Position numbers and translations under genes: made by a program
Shown: positions 1-13,329 of the stretch, piece by piece
Layout of the letters: each line of letters begins with the position of its first letter
Numbering within the stretch: position 1 is the stretch's first letter
Source of the DNA: Verrucomicrobiota bacterium
Lineage (GTDB): Bacteria > Verrucomicrobiota > Verrucomicrobiia > Opitutales > JABDGR01
Direction: 5' to 3'
Length of the DNA stretch: 64,000 nucleotides
NCBI GenBank assembly: GCA_048497935.1
Contig: JBEHYY010000017.1
Coordinates: forward strand, 3,014-67,013
The notes under the pieces: model-generated
The model's database searches: none
What the model was told of the DNA's origin: nothing
Seen by the model: only the letters and a program-made list of their open reading frames with translations

Positions 1-887
1 TCTCCAGCACCATCAACCGCAACGCCCGCCGCCTGCCCGGCCCAGTGCTGGCGGAGCTCATCCACGGGAACGAGGCCTTCATCAGCCAATTGAGCAAACT
101 CGGCATCGAGGCAATCAACGGCGGGGGTGAAACCGCGGACGTGGCGGACCTGACACCCACGGCCACGGTGGACACCTGCGCCGTGGCGGTAATGCGCCGC
201 CGCGATGTGGTGACCAACGACAAACTGCGACCGGGGCTGGCGATTGTCGGCCTGGCGTCGTTTGGCCGTGCCAGCTATGAAACCGCGGAAAACAGCGGCA
301 TCGGCAGCAACGGGCTGACCAGCGCGCGCCACGACCTGCTGGGCGCTTATTACCGTAAAAAATTTCCCGAAACGTTTGATGCGCAAATTAAAAAAGCCTT
401 CGTCTATTCCGGCCCCTACCGCATGGGCGACAAGCTGCCCGGCGCCAGCCGGATGACCGTGGGCCAGGCGTTGCTGAGCCCGACGCGGACGTATGCCCCC
501 GTGATTGCCCGGTTGCTGCGCGAAAAACGCGCGGCAGTGGCGGGGCTGGTGCATTGCTCCGGCGGCGGGCAGACGAAGTGCCTGCGCTTTGGGCGGGGAT
601 TGCATTTTATCAAGGACAACCTGTTCGCCCCGCCGCCGATTTTCCAGGCCATCCAGGAAGCCAGCGGGACGGATGCGCACGAGATGCACCGTGTTTTCAA
701 CATGGGCCACCGCATGGAAGTGTATTGCCGGCCCGAGGATGTGAAATGGGTCATTGCCACGGCGGCCAAGTTTGGCATCGCGGCGCAGCAAGTCGGCCGG
801 GTGGGAACATCGGCGCTCAAGAATGGGTCGAACCAAGTAACGATCCAAACCGGTGGAAAAACCCTTGAATACACCCTGGGCAGTTAG
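1..887 (+). CDS. AIR synthase (PurM)-related protein, C-terminal portion; 5' end lies outside the window
   Basis: The frame of ORF 45..887 stays open back to base 3 (..[22 protein letters not shown]..), so the GTG at 45 is probably internal. PurM/AIR-synthase-like blocks are present: [34 protein letters not shown]. Confidence 0.6.
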   Translation, partial: SSTINRNARRLPGPVLAELIHGNEAFISQLSKLGIEAINGGGETADVADLTPTATVDTCAVAVMRRRDVVTNDKLRPGLAIVGLASFGRASYETAENSGIGSNGLTSARHDLLGAYYRKKFPETFDAQIKKAFVYSGPYRMGDKLPGASRMTVGQALLSPTRTYAPVIARLLREKRAAVAGLVHCSGGGQTKCLRFGRGLHFIKDNLFAPPPIFQAIQEASGTDAHEMHRVFNMGHRMEVYCRPEDVKWVIATAAKFGIAAQQVGRVGTSALKNGSNQVTIQTGGKTLEYTLGS

Positions 888-917
888 CGCCCTCTTCGCC
901 CCCGGCGTCGCCCGTCC

Positions 918-2057
918 ATGAAGCTCCGACGCAAATTTTTATCCATCCTGCTGCTGGCTGGGTGGGCCGTGAGCGTAGAGCGCGCCCAGGCGGCCAGCCC
1001 CGCGGCCCCGGCCACTCTCGCCTATTCATCGACATCGGCCGACTCGATGCCGGTGAAAATTGTGGAAGTGCGCGGCGACAGCGCGACCCTGGCGCGGCAA
1101 TATGCGGCAGCCCTGGCCCCGGCCTACCAGGTGTTGAATGAAAAATACCTGGGCAAGGTGCTGGCCGACCCGTTGCTGCGCGGGCTGGCCGGCACGCTGG
1201 CCATGAATTATGAAGCCAAGCTGCGCCCGGAACATCTGGCGGAAATAAAATCCCTCGCCGCGGCACTGCCGGCAAAGGAAAGCGATGTGATGCTGGCCAA
1301 CTGCTTCCTGGACCTGATGCCAATGGTGGCGTGCTCGACGGTGACGCTGCCGGCCGATGCCGCGCCCGACCGAGTGGCCCGTTTTGCCCGCAATCTTGAT
1401 TTCGATTCATTCAATGTCGCCGATAAAAACTCCGTGGTGTTCCTCTACCATCCCGAAGGCCGTTACGCTTTTGCAGCCATTGGCTGGCCGGGGATGATCG
1501 GCGCCGTCTCTGGCATGAACGAGCATGGGCTCTGCCTGTCGAACATGGAGGTGACGCGCGGCCCCGGACTGGCGGTGCGCGGGATGCCCTACACGCTGCT
1601 GTACCGCACGATTTTGGAACGCTGCAAGACCGTGGATGAGGCCATCCAGCTCTTGCAGGACACTCCGCGCCAGACGGCCAATAACCTGATGCTCATGGAT
1701 GCAGGCGGCCAGCGCGCCGTGGTGGAGATAAACCCGGAAAAGAATGTGGTGCGCCGCGGGCAGGCCCAGACCGCGCTCATCAGCACCAACCACCAACGCG
1801 GCCAGGATGCCGACCGGCCGGGGCTGTGCGCCCGGTATGACTACCTGCACGATACCACGAAAAATGAGTACGGCAAAATCGGGCGGACGGAGGTTGTCTC
1901 CCTCCTTGAGCACGTGCAGCAAGGCAACCTGACGATGCAGTCCATGATTTTTGAGCCTGCCAACCGCGTGCTCTACCTCGCCGTAGGCACCTTGGCCGCG
2001 GACCGCAAGTATTCAAAGATCGACCTCGGGGCATATTTCAAGGCGTCAGCGAAGTAA
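918..2057 (+). CDS. Secreted peptidase C45 / acyl-CoA:6-aminopenicillanic-acid acyltransferase-like Ntn hydrolase
   Basis: N-terminal signal peptide MKLRRKFLSILLLAGWAVSVERAQA. A candidate nucleophile Cys lies in MVACSTVTL. Blocks ARNLDFD, GWPGMIGAVSGMNEHGLCLSNMEV and NLMLMDAGG are typical of the C45 family. Confidence 0.6.
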   Translation: MKLRRKFLSILLLAGWAVSVERAQAASPAAPATLAYSSTSADSMPVKIVEVRGDSATLARQYAAALAPAYQVLNEKYLGKVLADPLLRGLAGTLAMNYEAKLRPEHLAEIKSLAAALPAKESDVMLANCFLDLMPMVACSTVTLPADAAPDRVARFARNLDFDSFNVADKNSVVFLYHPEGRYAFAAIGWPGMIGAVSGMNEHGLCLSNMEVTRGPGLAVRGMPYTLLYRTILERCKTVDEAIQLLQDTPRQTANNLMLMDAGGQRAVVEINPEKNVVRRGQAQTALISTNHQRGQDADRPGLCARYDYLHDTTKNEYGKIGRTEVVSLLEHVQQGNLTMQSMIFEPANRVLYLAVGTLAADRKYSKIDLGAYFKASAK

Positions 2058-2106
2058 TCCACGGTTTTTTGTTTTCGCGGGTGGGCTTTCGCGCTAGGAT
2101 GGGCCG

Positions 2107-2673
2107 ATGCTCCTGAATGTCGTCAAATACGGCGATCCCGTCCTGCGCCAGCGCGGCGCGAAGGTCACGGCCTTTGACAAGGCCCTGGCCAACTATGCCA
2201 GCGATATGCTGGAGACGATGATGGCCAATGACGGCATTGGCCTGGCGTCGCAGCAAGTCGGCCAGGCGAAGCTGATGTTTGTGGCCGACCTGTTGAGCCG
2301 CACGGCGGAGGCGGAGAAAGTCACTTTCGACGGCAAGCTGGTGCCGGCGGCGTTGTTGATGCCGCTGGTGGTGGTCAATCCCGAGGTGGAGCTGTTGCCG
2401 GGCCGCAAAAACACCGTCGAGGAAGGATGCCTGTCGTTCCCGGAAATTCGCGGGGCGGTGAGCCGGCCATGGTCCGTGCGGCTGCGCTATCAGGATTTGC
2501 AGGGCAAGGCCCATGTGCTGGAGACGACCGGCCTGCTGGCCCGGGTGATCCAGCATGAGTTCGACCATGTGGAAGGCGTGCTGTTCATCGACCGCATGGA
2601 CCCGAAATATGTGGCTGAACTGGAGCCGGAGCTGAAAAAACTGAAAAAGCTCGGGAAAAGCGCCGCCAAATAA
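2107..2673 (+). CDS. def: Peptide deformylase
   Basis: All three canonical deformylase motifs are present: GIGLASQQVG, EGCLSFPE, QHEFDHVEG. ATG start, 188 aa. Confidence 0.95.
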   Translation: MLLNVVKYGDPVLRQRGAKVTAFDKALANYASDMLETMMANDGIGLASQQVGQAKLMFVADLLSRTAEAEKVTFDGKLVPAALLMPLVVVNPEVELLPGRKNTVEEGCLSFPEIRGAVSRPWSVRLRYQDLQGKAHVLETTGLLARVIQHEFDHVEGVLFIDRMDPKYVAELEPELKKLKKLGKSAAK

Positions 2674-2680
2674 AGCGCGC

Positions 2681-2926
2681 TTATACCCCGCGCATGGCGA
2701 GGTAGAGGCGCAAGGCCCGCTCCACATCCGGGCGGCGAACATAGGCCAGCGGCTTCACAATGACTGTGCGCGATGTTTTCCCCGCCGCATCAGGCCATTG
2801 CAAAACCGTGCGGCGTAGGGGGCAGGAAGGGTCCGGACAGTGGGCTTCCTCGTCAGCACGCACCACTGCCTCCGGCGCAAGGCCCAGAACTTCGCGCACC
2901 CAGGTTGGGATGTGGTCGCTCATCAC
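2681..2926 (-). CDS. Hypothetical small protein (81 aa)
   Basis: Its ATG overlaps the stop of the upstream gamma-carbonic-anhydrase-like gene by 4 nt (ATGA), suggesting translational coupling. No recognisable motif (contains HCPDPSCP). Confidence 0.4.
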   Translation of the reverse strand: MMSDHIPTWVREVLGLAPEAVVRADEEAHCPDPSCPLRRTVLQWPDAAGKTSRTVIVKPLAYVRRPDVERALRLYLAMRGV

Positions 2927-3468
2927 GGGTGGGCGCGGCTTTTATGCGCGGCGGCAACCTGGATGTATTTTTCGGCGGATTCGCGCAGGGCGGCACGCTC
3001 TTCGGGGGTAAGCGCGCGCAGAACCCGGGCCGGAGAACCCAGCACCAGCGAACCCGGCGGGATCTTTGTCCCCTTCGTGACGAGCGAACCCGCGCCAACC
3101 AGCGATTGGGCGCCAATGACTGCGCCGTCGAGCACGGTCGCGTGCATGCCGATGAGGCATTCATCCTCCACCACGCAGGCATGGACCATGGCCAGGTGCC
3201 CGATGGTGACATGGCGGCCCAGGATGGCCGGAAAATCATCCGCGAGATGGATTACCGCGCCGTCCTGGATGTTCGTGCCCTCGCCCACCTCGATATAATT
3301 GATGTCGCCGCGCAAAACGGCGGAGTGCCACACGCTGGCGTGCGCGCCCAGACGCACATCGCCCACGACCGTCGCCTGGGCGGCGATGTAAACTGTGGGA
3401 TGGATGCGCGGGGCCTGCCCGAGAAACTGCCCGAGCCGGCGCGCGAGGGCTGGGTCAGGCGGGCGCAT
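2923..3468 (-). CDS. Gamma carbonic anhydrase family / left-handed beta-helix (hexapeptide repeat) protein, YrdA/PaaY-like
   Basis: Hexapeptide-repeat pattern HPTVYIAAQATVVGDVRLGAHASVWHSAVLRGDINYIEVGEGTNIQDGAVIH followed by PAILGRHVTIGH. 181 aa. Confidence 0.85.
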   Translation of the reverse strand: MRPPDPALARRLGQFLGQAPRIHPTVYIAAQATVVGDVRLGAHASVWHSAVLRGDINYIEVGEGTNIQDGAVIHLADDFPAILGRHVTIGHLAMVHACVVEDECLIGMHATVLDGAVIGAQSLVGAGSLVTKGTKIPPGSLVLGSPARVLRALTPEERAALRESAEKYIQVAAAHKSRAHP

Positions 3469-4168
3469 GGGTTTTGCTCAAAATATCCTCAGCGGCAAAA
3501 TGGAGGATGTATTTCTCCTGGAAATAAGGGTCGTTGAAAAAAGCCTCGAGAAAAAACTTCTGCCGCGGCTCGACACCCAAGGCGGCGATTTCCGCGGCCA
3601 AGTCGCCACCTTTCCATAGGAGGAGGCCGTTGGCGAGCGAATGGCGGACGCCGGGTTGCAGGCGGGCGCGCACCCAGCCGACCAATTCCGGCAGCGCCGT
3701 CACCGCGCGGCCGATGACAAAGTCAAAGCGGCCCGTCACGGTCTCCGCGCGCGCCTGGCGGGCCTCGACATTCTTGAGGCCGAGCCGTTGCGCCATGTCC
3801 TCAACCGCGCGGATTTTTTTGCCAATGGAATCCACCAGCAGAAACTTCGCCTGCGGGTAGCAAATGGCCAAGGGGAGGCCCGGCAGACCGCCCCCCGTGC
3901 CGACATCAAGGACGGTGGCCCCTGGCTGGAGGGTGAGAAACTTCACCGGAGCCACACAGGCGGCGAGATGGCGGCGCTCCAGATTTTCGACATCCTGGCG
4001 CGAGACGAGGTTGAGCTTGTCATTCCACTCGCGTTGCAAGGCAGCCAAGGCGGCGAGCTGGGGCTCGGCCCCGGGCGGGATGGGCAAGTCGGCGTAGGGA
4101 GAAGACACTTCCGAAGGATGGAGCAAGCAGCGGAGGGGTTGAAGCAAATTCATCCATGGGTACCCCAT
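3455..4168 (-). CDS. rsmG: 16S rRNA (guanine527-N7)-methyltransferase
   Basis: RsmG/GidB pattern: LNLVSRQDVENLERRHLAAC, SAM motif VLDVGTGGGLPGLPLAI, LVDSIGKKIRAV. An alternative ATG at 4153 is possible. Confidence 0.85.
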   Translation of the reverse strand: MGYPWMNLLQPLRCLLHPSEVSSPYADLPIPPGAEPQLAALAALQREWNDKLNLVSRQDVENLERRHLAACVAPVKFLTLQPGATVLDVGTGGGLPGLPLAICYPQAKFLLVDSIGKKIRAVEDMAQRLGLKNVEARQARAETVTGRFDFVIGRAVTALPELVGWVRARLQPGVRHSLANGLLLWKGGDLAAEIAALGVEPRQKFFLEAFFNDPYFQEKYILHFAAEDILSKTHAPA

Positions 4169-4304
4169 GCAATTTTAAGCTACCCAGGTGACGCATTTTG
4201 CGTGTAGCTTCAAAGCCTCCCCTCCCGATTTTTAGCCCAATTTATTGAACGTTTTTAGATTGACGCATCAACATATCAAGATACGTTGATGCGTTATTTA
4301 ACCC

Positions 4305-8057
<3,753 letters not shown>

Positions 8058-8071
8058 GGCGGGCGGGGGGC

Positions 8072-9808
8072 CTATTTTGCCGGTGGCGTCCGGAGCTTCT
8101 GCAGCAAGTTGCGCGCGGCGGCGAGGCTGGGCTGGGCTTCCAGGGCCGCCTCCAGGTGGGCGACGGCCTCCTCGCGATGACCATTCTTCAACAGGACGTT
8201 GGCCAGGTTGAAATGCGCAATCGCCAAATCCGCCAATGCGATGGGTGATTGCGCACGGCAGTGTGTGGCGAGGTCATACTGATGCGCGGAGCCCGGCTCG
8301 TCGCCCAGGCGGGAAAGGACGATGCCGTAGTTGACGTGGGCCTCGATTGATTCAGGCGAGAGCTGAAGCGCCCGCTCGTATTCATGCGCCGCTTCCGGCA
8401 AGCGGTTTGTTTGCGCGACGACGTTGGCAAGGGCCAGATGTGTGCCGTAAACATCCTCCTTGAGGACGAGCGATTGGCGCAAGGCGGCTTCGGCCTCCAC
8501 CCGCCGGCCGTGGTCGGTGAGGCTCAAGCCCAGATTAAGCGCGGCAAGCCAGGAAGCCGGGTTGACCTGCAACGTGTAGGACCATAAGGCAATCTGGTCG
8601 CGGAAATTGGCAGCGTAGGCGCGGCTTTGCCAGCCGAGCATGAGCAGCAAGGCGGCAGCGGCGGCGGCAAAGGCGCCCGCCTGGCGGGGCAAAGCAGCCA
8701 CCACCCTCTGTGCTCCGGCCAATGCAATGCCGATAAGGCCGATGAGGGGCAGGTAAACAAAATGGTCTGCCACCCACGCGATGCGCATATAGGACATCGA
8801 CAAAAAACCAAGCACCGGCGCAAGGTTGAGCAGGAAAAAACCGCAGCCGAGCAAAGCTGGGCGGCCCCAACTTTCGCGTCGCAGCCAGAATCCAGCGAAA
8901 ACGATGGCGATGACCAGCCAAGGCAGAAAATCGATAAAGGAAAGATTGACGAAACTCCACGACGGATAGGCGGGCATCAGGTCAAACGGCCACAGGCACT
9001 TGCCAAAATAAAACAAAACAGCCCACCCGGCCCCAGCCACACGCGCGGGCCAGCCACCGACATCGATGGACTCCGCCCCGATGGCCCATTGCTTCTGAAA
9101 AACCATGGTGAGCAAGCCCAACACCAACGCCACCGCAAAGAATGGCAGCGTGGCCGCGATTCGCTTGCGCGAAAGGGCGCCGTATTTCCACCAAGCGTGG
9201 AGTAGCAGCACGAACGGCAGCATGACCACGGAAGTCTTGGCCAGCAGTGCCGCGACAAAGAGCCCCAGTGCCACCAGATAGTCCCGCGAGCGGCCTCGCT
9301 CGTCATAATCAAGCCAGGCCAGCAATGCGCCGAGGAGAAACGGTAGTGAAACCGTGTTCTTCAACTCCGACACCCAAGCCACGGACTCCACCACCACCGG
9401 GTGCACGACAAACAGGAGCGCCCCCCACCAGGCAAAGCGCAACCCCAGCCGGTCAAACAGCCGCCAGAGCAAAAATGCGCTGAACAAGTGAAGGACAAGA
9501 CACGCGACGTGAAACGGCAACGAATGGTCGCCAAACAGCTGCCAAAGAAGCCACTCCACCGTGGTCGTCAGCGGAAAAAAATCCGGACCTGGCGGGGCAA
9601 ACCAGATTTTCCACCACCCGGCAGAGTCGTGCATCAGCGGATTATCCCGCAGGGTGAAGCCGTCGTCCCAGAGCCATTCGCCATGCAAGGCGGGGGCAAA
9701 AACGAAGAAGCCCGCCAAGACCAAAAGTATCACCTGCAGCGCCAGCCGCCACGGCGGAGGGCGCAAAACGCCGGCAGCAGGAATGGAAGCTGGCGAGGCG
9801 GAAGCCAT
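8072..9808 (-). CDS. Polytopic membrane GT-C-fold glycosyltransferase (TMTC/PMT_2-like) with C-terminal TPR repeats
   Basis: Many TM helices. First-loop acidic motif HGEWLWDDGFTLRDNPLM as in TMTC-type O-mannosyltransferases. The C-terminal ~190 aa are TPR-like (ALRQSLVLKEDVYGTHLALANV.., AHEYERALQLSP.., EEAVAHLEAALEAQP). Starts 9 nt after the upstream gene stop. Confidence 0.6.
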   Translation of the reverse strand: MASASPASIPAAGVLRPPPWRLALQVILLVLAGFFVFAPALHGEWLWDDGFTLRDNPLMHDSAGWWKIWFAPPGPDFFPLTTTVEWLLWQLFGDHSLPFHVACLVLHLFSAFLLWRLFDRLGLRFAWWGALLFVVHPVVVESVAWVSELKNTVSLPFLLGALLAWLDYDERGRSRDYLVALGLFVAALLAKTSVVMLPFVLLLHAWWKYGALSRKRIAATLPFFAVALVLGLLTMVFQKQWAIGAESIDVGGWPARVAGAGWAVLFYFGKCLWPFDLMPAYPSWSFVNLSFIDFLPWLVIAIVFAGFWLRRESWGRPALLGCGFFLLNLAPVLGFLSMSYMRIAWVADHFVYLPLIGLIGIALAGAQRVVAALPRQAGAFAAAAAALLLMLGWQSRAYAANFRDQIALWSYTLQVNPASWLAALNLGLSLTDHGRRVEAEAALRQSLVLKEDVYGTHLALANVVAQTNRLPEAAHEYERALQLSPESIEAHVNYGIVLSRLGDEPGSAHQYDLATHCRAQSPIALADLAIAHFNLANVLLKNGHREEAVAHLEAALEAQPSLAAARNLLQKLRTPPAK

Positions 9809-9817
9809 GGTAGAAAC

Positions 9818-11209
9818 TCACCGAAACCGGATTTTCCGTAGGCCAAAGGCCGTCATTTTGAGCAAAATCCAACCGTGGCGGAAGCGGGAGATGTTGGTTT
9901 CGCCGTAAGTGCGGTTTTTATAGCGCACGGGCAGGTCGCGGATGCGCAGCCCCATGAGTGCCGAACCAAAGAGGAGGTTGAAGTCGCCAAAAGGGTCGAA
10001 ATCACCCAGTTCGGGCAGGCGGCGGAGCAGGCGCTCGTAATCGCGCCGGGCCATCATCTTGGTGCCGCAGAGGCTGTCCTTGATGCGCTGGCTGAGGACA
10101 AAACTGAGGGCATTCGCAAAGAAATGGTTCCCCAGCATATTGAGGAAGCGCATGGCCTGGTTTTCCATCGGGTAAACCAGGCGGCTGCCATTGACGAACT
10201 CGGCCGTGCCGTCGCACAGCACATCGAAAAATTTTGGCAAATCCTCCGGCGGCGCAGTGAGATCGCCATCCTGGATGACGAGCACATCGCCCGTGGCCTG
10301 CTTGAAACCGTGATGGACGGCGTCCCACTTGCCCTTACCCGGCTGGCGGACGAGCTTGAGGCGCAGGGGCCCCTGATACTCCGCCACGGCCTGTTGCAGG
10401 ACGCCCCACGTGTTGTCCTTGCTGTTGCCCTCGACAAAAATGACCTCGGTGAAGCTGCCAAGTGGGGGGATGCGGTTGAGCGCGGCGGCGACGTTGCCCT
10501 CCTCATTGCGCATGGGCACCACGACGGAGAGGCTGGCCTGCTCGCGCGCGGCAAAGCGCACCTTGGGCCGCGCGACGATGAAGATGGTCATCCCCAGCGC
10601 CTGCATTCCCGGCAGGCGGACGAGGAAGCGGTTGAAAAAGCCGTCGAGCAACGGGATGTCGAAAGGAAACAGCTGCTCGCCCCGGGAAAGAACGACCTCC
10701 CACCCCGCGAGCTCGAGAAGATTAACCAGGTCGCGGCTGGACAGCCAATTCCAGTAGTCGCGCTTCACCACGGCGCCCGAGGAGGCGCCGAGCTTGATGA
10801 GCGGATACCAGATGTTGTTCAGGGAGGTGATGTAAAGGCGGGTACGCGGGTGGCTATTGGCGAGCAGGGATTCGAACGCCTTTTGCACATCCGTGAGATA
10901 ACCCGGCAGGTAGTTGAGGACGATATGGTCCCACTCACCGGTCACCGGCGTCTCCGGCAGGCGGCCTTCGCGGAATTCGCAATGGGTGCCGCGGTGTTTT
11001 TCACGAGCCTCGGCGACGCGCACGGGGTCGGCATTCAAGCCCAGGCCCTGGGCGGGCTTGAGGGCGGCCAGCAAATCACCCCGGCCGCTACCCCATTCGA
11101 GCACGCGCTCACCGGGAGGGATAAAGCGCGCGTGCAGCCGCGCCAATTGCCGGCGAAAGCCCGCTTGGATGCGGTAGGCAAAACTATCGTCCTGGTCAGC
11201 AGAAGGCAT
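9818..11209 (-). CDS. Fusion protein: N-terminal class I SAM methyltransferase plus C-terminal family 2 glycosyltransferase (polyprenyl-phosphate-sugar synthase-like)
   Basis: N-terminal half has SAM motif I VLEWGSGRGDL. C-terminal half has GT2 signatures LSVVVPMRNEEGNV, VIFVEGNSKDNT, VIQDGDLT. The track start at 11227 is a TTG, so I chose the in-frame ATG at 11209. Confidence 0.75.
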   Translation of the reverse strand: MPSADQDDSFAYRIQAGFRRQLARLHARFIPPGERVLEWGSGRGDLLAALKPAQGLGLNADPVRVAEAREKHRGTHCEFREGRLPETPVTGEWDHIVLNYLPGYLTDVQKAFESLLANSHPRTRLYITSLNNIWYPLIKLGASSGAVVKRDYWNWLSSRDLVNLLELAGWEVVLSRGEQLFPFDIPLLDGFFNRFLVRLPGMQALGMTIFIVARPKVRFAAREQASLSVVVPMRNEEGNVAAALNRIPPLGSFTEVIFVEGNSKDNTWGVLQQAVAEYQGPLRLKLVRQPGKGKWDAVHHGFKQATGDVLVIQDGDLTAPPEDLPKFFDVLCDGTAEFVNGSRLVYPMENQAMRFLNMLGNHFFANALSFVLSQRIKDSLCGTKMMARRDYERLLRRLPELGDFDPFGDFNLLFGSALMGLRIRDLPVRYKNRTYGETNISRFRHGWILLKMTAFGLRKIRFR

Positions 11210-11241
11210 TGGGTAAGGAAACAGCAAAAAGCCCCGGCGGC

Positions 11242-13215
11242 TTACGGATACTGGTGGAGCAGATAGTCGTTGAACTCCAATTCATCCGTGGGCACTTGGG
11301 TAAGCGTGGGATAGGCTGGCGGCTCGTCCGCGGGGCGCTGGGTGAGCACGCTCTCGGTGCCGGAAGGCGCCACATAATCCCCACCGAGTTTCTTGCGGGT
11401 GTCGTCGGTGGTGGCGGCATCCATCTCGGACTGCAGGCGGCGGACACCGGCGGGCCGGGCGGGATCGTAGCCGACCACACGGCTGATGCGCACGTGGAAG
11501 TTGATGTTAGTGTCCTTCTCCGCAATGGTTTTAAGAATGAAGCGCTGGTCCAGCCGCGCAGGCGGATATTCGACCCAGGCATTAAGTTTGGCGTTGCGGG
11601 TGTATTCCTGCACGACCCAGATATCGCGGTACAAGCCGTTGGGCAGCACATTGGCCACCTTGGCGGGGTTATGGTTGGCGATGCCCATGTGGATGTTGGC
11701 CTGGCCGTACATGGTAAACATCACACTGGCACGGGAGATGATGAGCACCGACTGGTCGGCGTGTTTGAGCACGTAATCCCGAGCCCAGCGGTAGGTGACG
11801 TAGGACTGCATGTCGTTCGTCATGTAGGCTTCGGAAGAAACCGGGGCGGCGGCGGCCACGGCATAGACAGCGGTACCCGCCACGACCCAGCCGGGCAACA
11901 GCCGACCCCGCAAGAGGCGCGCCGCCACAAACATCGCACAGAGAACAAAGCCGGTGTAAAGCGGCAGGGAAAAGCGCTGCACGAGTGCGTCGTCCCAATG
12001 CCCCCAGAAGGAAAGCCACCCGATGAATGTCACACACAACACACCACTGACGGCGAGCAACAGGGGAATTTCCACCCCGAAGCCCTTGAGAAAACCCGGC
12101 AGCTGGCGGCCAATCCACATCAACGCCAACAGTAGCGCGGCCAGACCCACGAGGGAGAGCAGCAGGGAGTTGTTGGACTGAAAGTCCGGCATGAAGAGAA
12201 AATAGCCAGCGTGGACGACATTTTCTCCGAGATATTTGAAATTCAGGAAATTGCTGGCGGACGTCTGGAAATAGCTGCCGCCACCCCCGCCCATGAAAAT
12301 CTGGTTCAACAACAGCGGAGGCAGCACCAGGGGCGGGGAAAGTGCCGCCGCAAGTGTGAGCGTGACCTGACGTTCGCGCACCCATTTGAGGACGACGAGC
12401 ACCGCAAGCAGGGCGAGAAAGAGCATGGACTCGTAGCGGCAATTGGCCAGCACCAGGCCGGTGAAGACCAGCAAGTCCAGCCCGCCCGTGCCAGGCTGGC
12501 GCCAATAATTCCAGGCGGTGATGAAAAAGGCGGTGATGACCGTGATGTTGAGCAGGTCAAAGCCGCCGCCGGTGGCGTTTTGGGCAATAAGCGGCAGGCC
12601 GGCAAAAAGCAGCTGGCCAAAACACCCAACGCGCCAGCCGCCCTGAACGGCGCCGATCCCGTAAATGAGCATCAAAAGCGCAAACCCCAACAGGCCGTTG
12701 ACGACAAAGGAATTTTCCGGACGAAAGCCAGTCAGGTCATGCACGACGGACACCAGGAAAGGGAAAAGCAGCGGACGCTTATCGACGCCGAAGCCAAAGG
12801 TGACGAGATGGTCATTGATGAAATGGGCATAGCCGGGGTAGGCGCCTTCGCGCTCGTAGTGCATGGTGCGGGCAATGCCGCCCAAGACGTGCTCATCGAA
12901 GAGAATTTTGAAATCGTGCGGTTCATGCGCCTGCCAAAAGAGGGCGATAAGCACACCGGCCAGCAATCCCGGCCAATGGGGCCGCAGCCGCGCCCAGCCG
13001 GGCCAGTGGGCACGCAACTCCGCGACGAGCGCCGCGGCGCAAAGCAGGCAGGTGGCCGCCACCAGCCAATAGCCCGCAAACTGGGTGATCCAGACCGACA
13101 CTTTGACGCTGGCGAGGCCCAGGCGGTATTCCACCACCGCACTGGCCAAGGCCACGGCCCCGAGCAGCCGCCAACGGGTGGCGCGGTCGTGGCTGTAGTA
13201 GAAACGAGCTATCAT
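11242..13215 (-). CDS. Polytopic membrane GT-C-fold glycosyltransferase (ArnT/PMT_2-like)
   Basis: 657 aa with more than 10 predicted TM segments. First periplasmic loop motif ILFDEHVLGGIARTM resembles the DE..RYA..ARxM loop of the ArnT/PMT_2 family. Large C-terminal soluble domain. Confidence 0.55.
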   Translation of the reverse strand: MIARFYYSHDRATRWRLLGAVALASAVVEYRLGLASVKVSVWITQFAGYWLVAATCLLCAAALVAELRAHWPGWARLRPHWPGLLAGVLIALFWQAHEPHDFKILFDEHVLGGIARTMHYEREGAYPGYAHFINDHLVTFGFGVDKRPLLFPFLVSVVHDLTGFRPENSFVVNGLLGFALLMLIYGIGAVQGGWRVGCFGQLLFAGLPLIAQNATGGGFDLLNITVITAFFITAWNYWRQPGTGGLDLLVFTGLVLANCRYESMLFLALLAVLVVLKWVRERQVTLTLAAALSPPLVLPPLLLNQIFMGGGGGSYFQTSASNFLNFKYLGENVVHAGYFLFMPDFQSNNSLLLSLVGLAALLLALMWIGRQLPGFLKGFGVEIPLLLAVSGVLCVTFIGWLSFWGHWDDALVQRFSLPLYTGFVLCAMFVAARLLRGRLLPGWVVAGTAVYAVAAAAPVSSEAYMTNDMQSYVTYRWARDYVLKHADQSVLIISRASVMFTMYGQANIHMGIANHNPAKVANVLPNGLYRDIWVVQEYTRNAKLNAWVEYPPARLDQRFILKTIAEKDTNINFHVRISRVVGYDPARPAGVRRLQSEMDAATTDDTRKKLGGDYVAPSGTESVLTQRPADEPPAYPTLTQVPTDELEFNDYLLHQYP

Positions 13216-13271
13216 CGCAGCAAGATGGGGCGGGCCGAAACGGCCATGGCCCAGTTAAACGAAAAAGTGCG

Positions 13272-13312
13272 CAAAAGAAAAGCCGTTTCCCCGGTGTGGG
13301 GAAACGGCTTTT
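13272..13312 (-). terminator. Rho-independent terminator of pilin-like gene A
   Basis: On the minus strand, the stem AAGCCGTTTCCCC / GGGGAAACGGCTT (13280-13292 / 13298-13310) is followed by TTTTCTTTTG. Confidence 0.8.
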
Positions 13313-13329
13313 CCGAAGAGAACCCGTGC

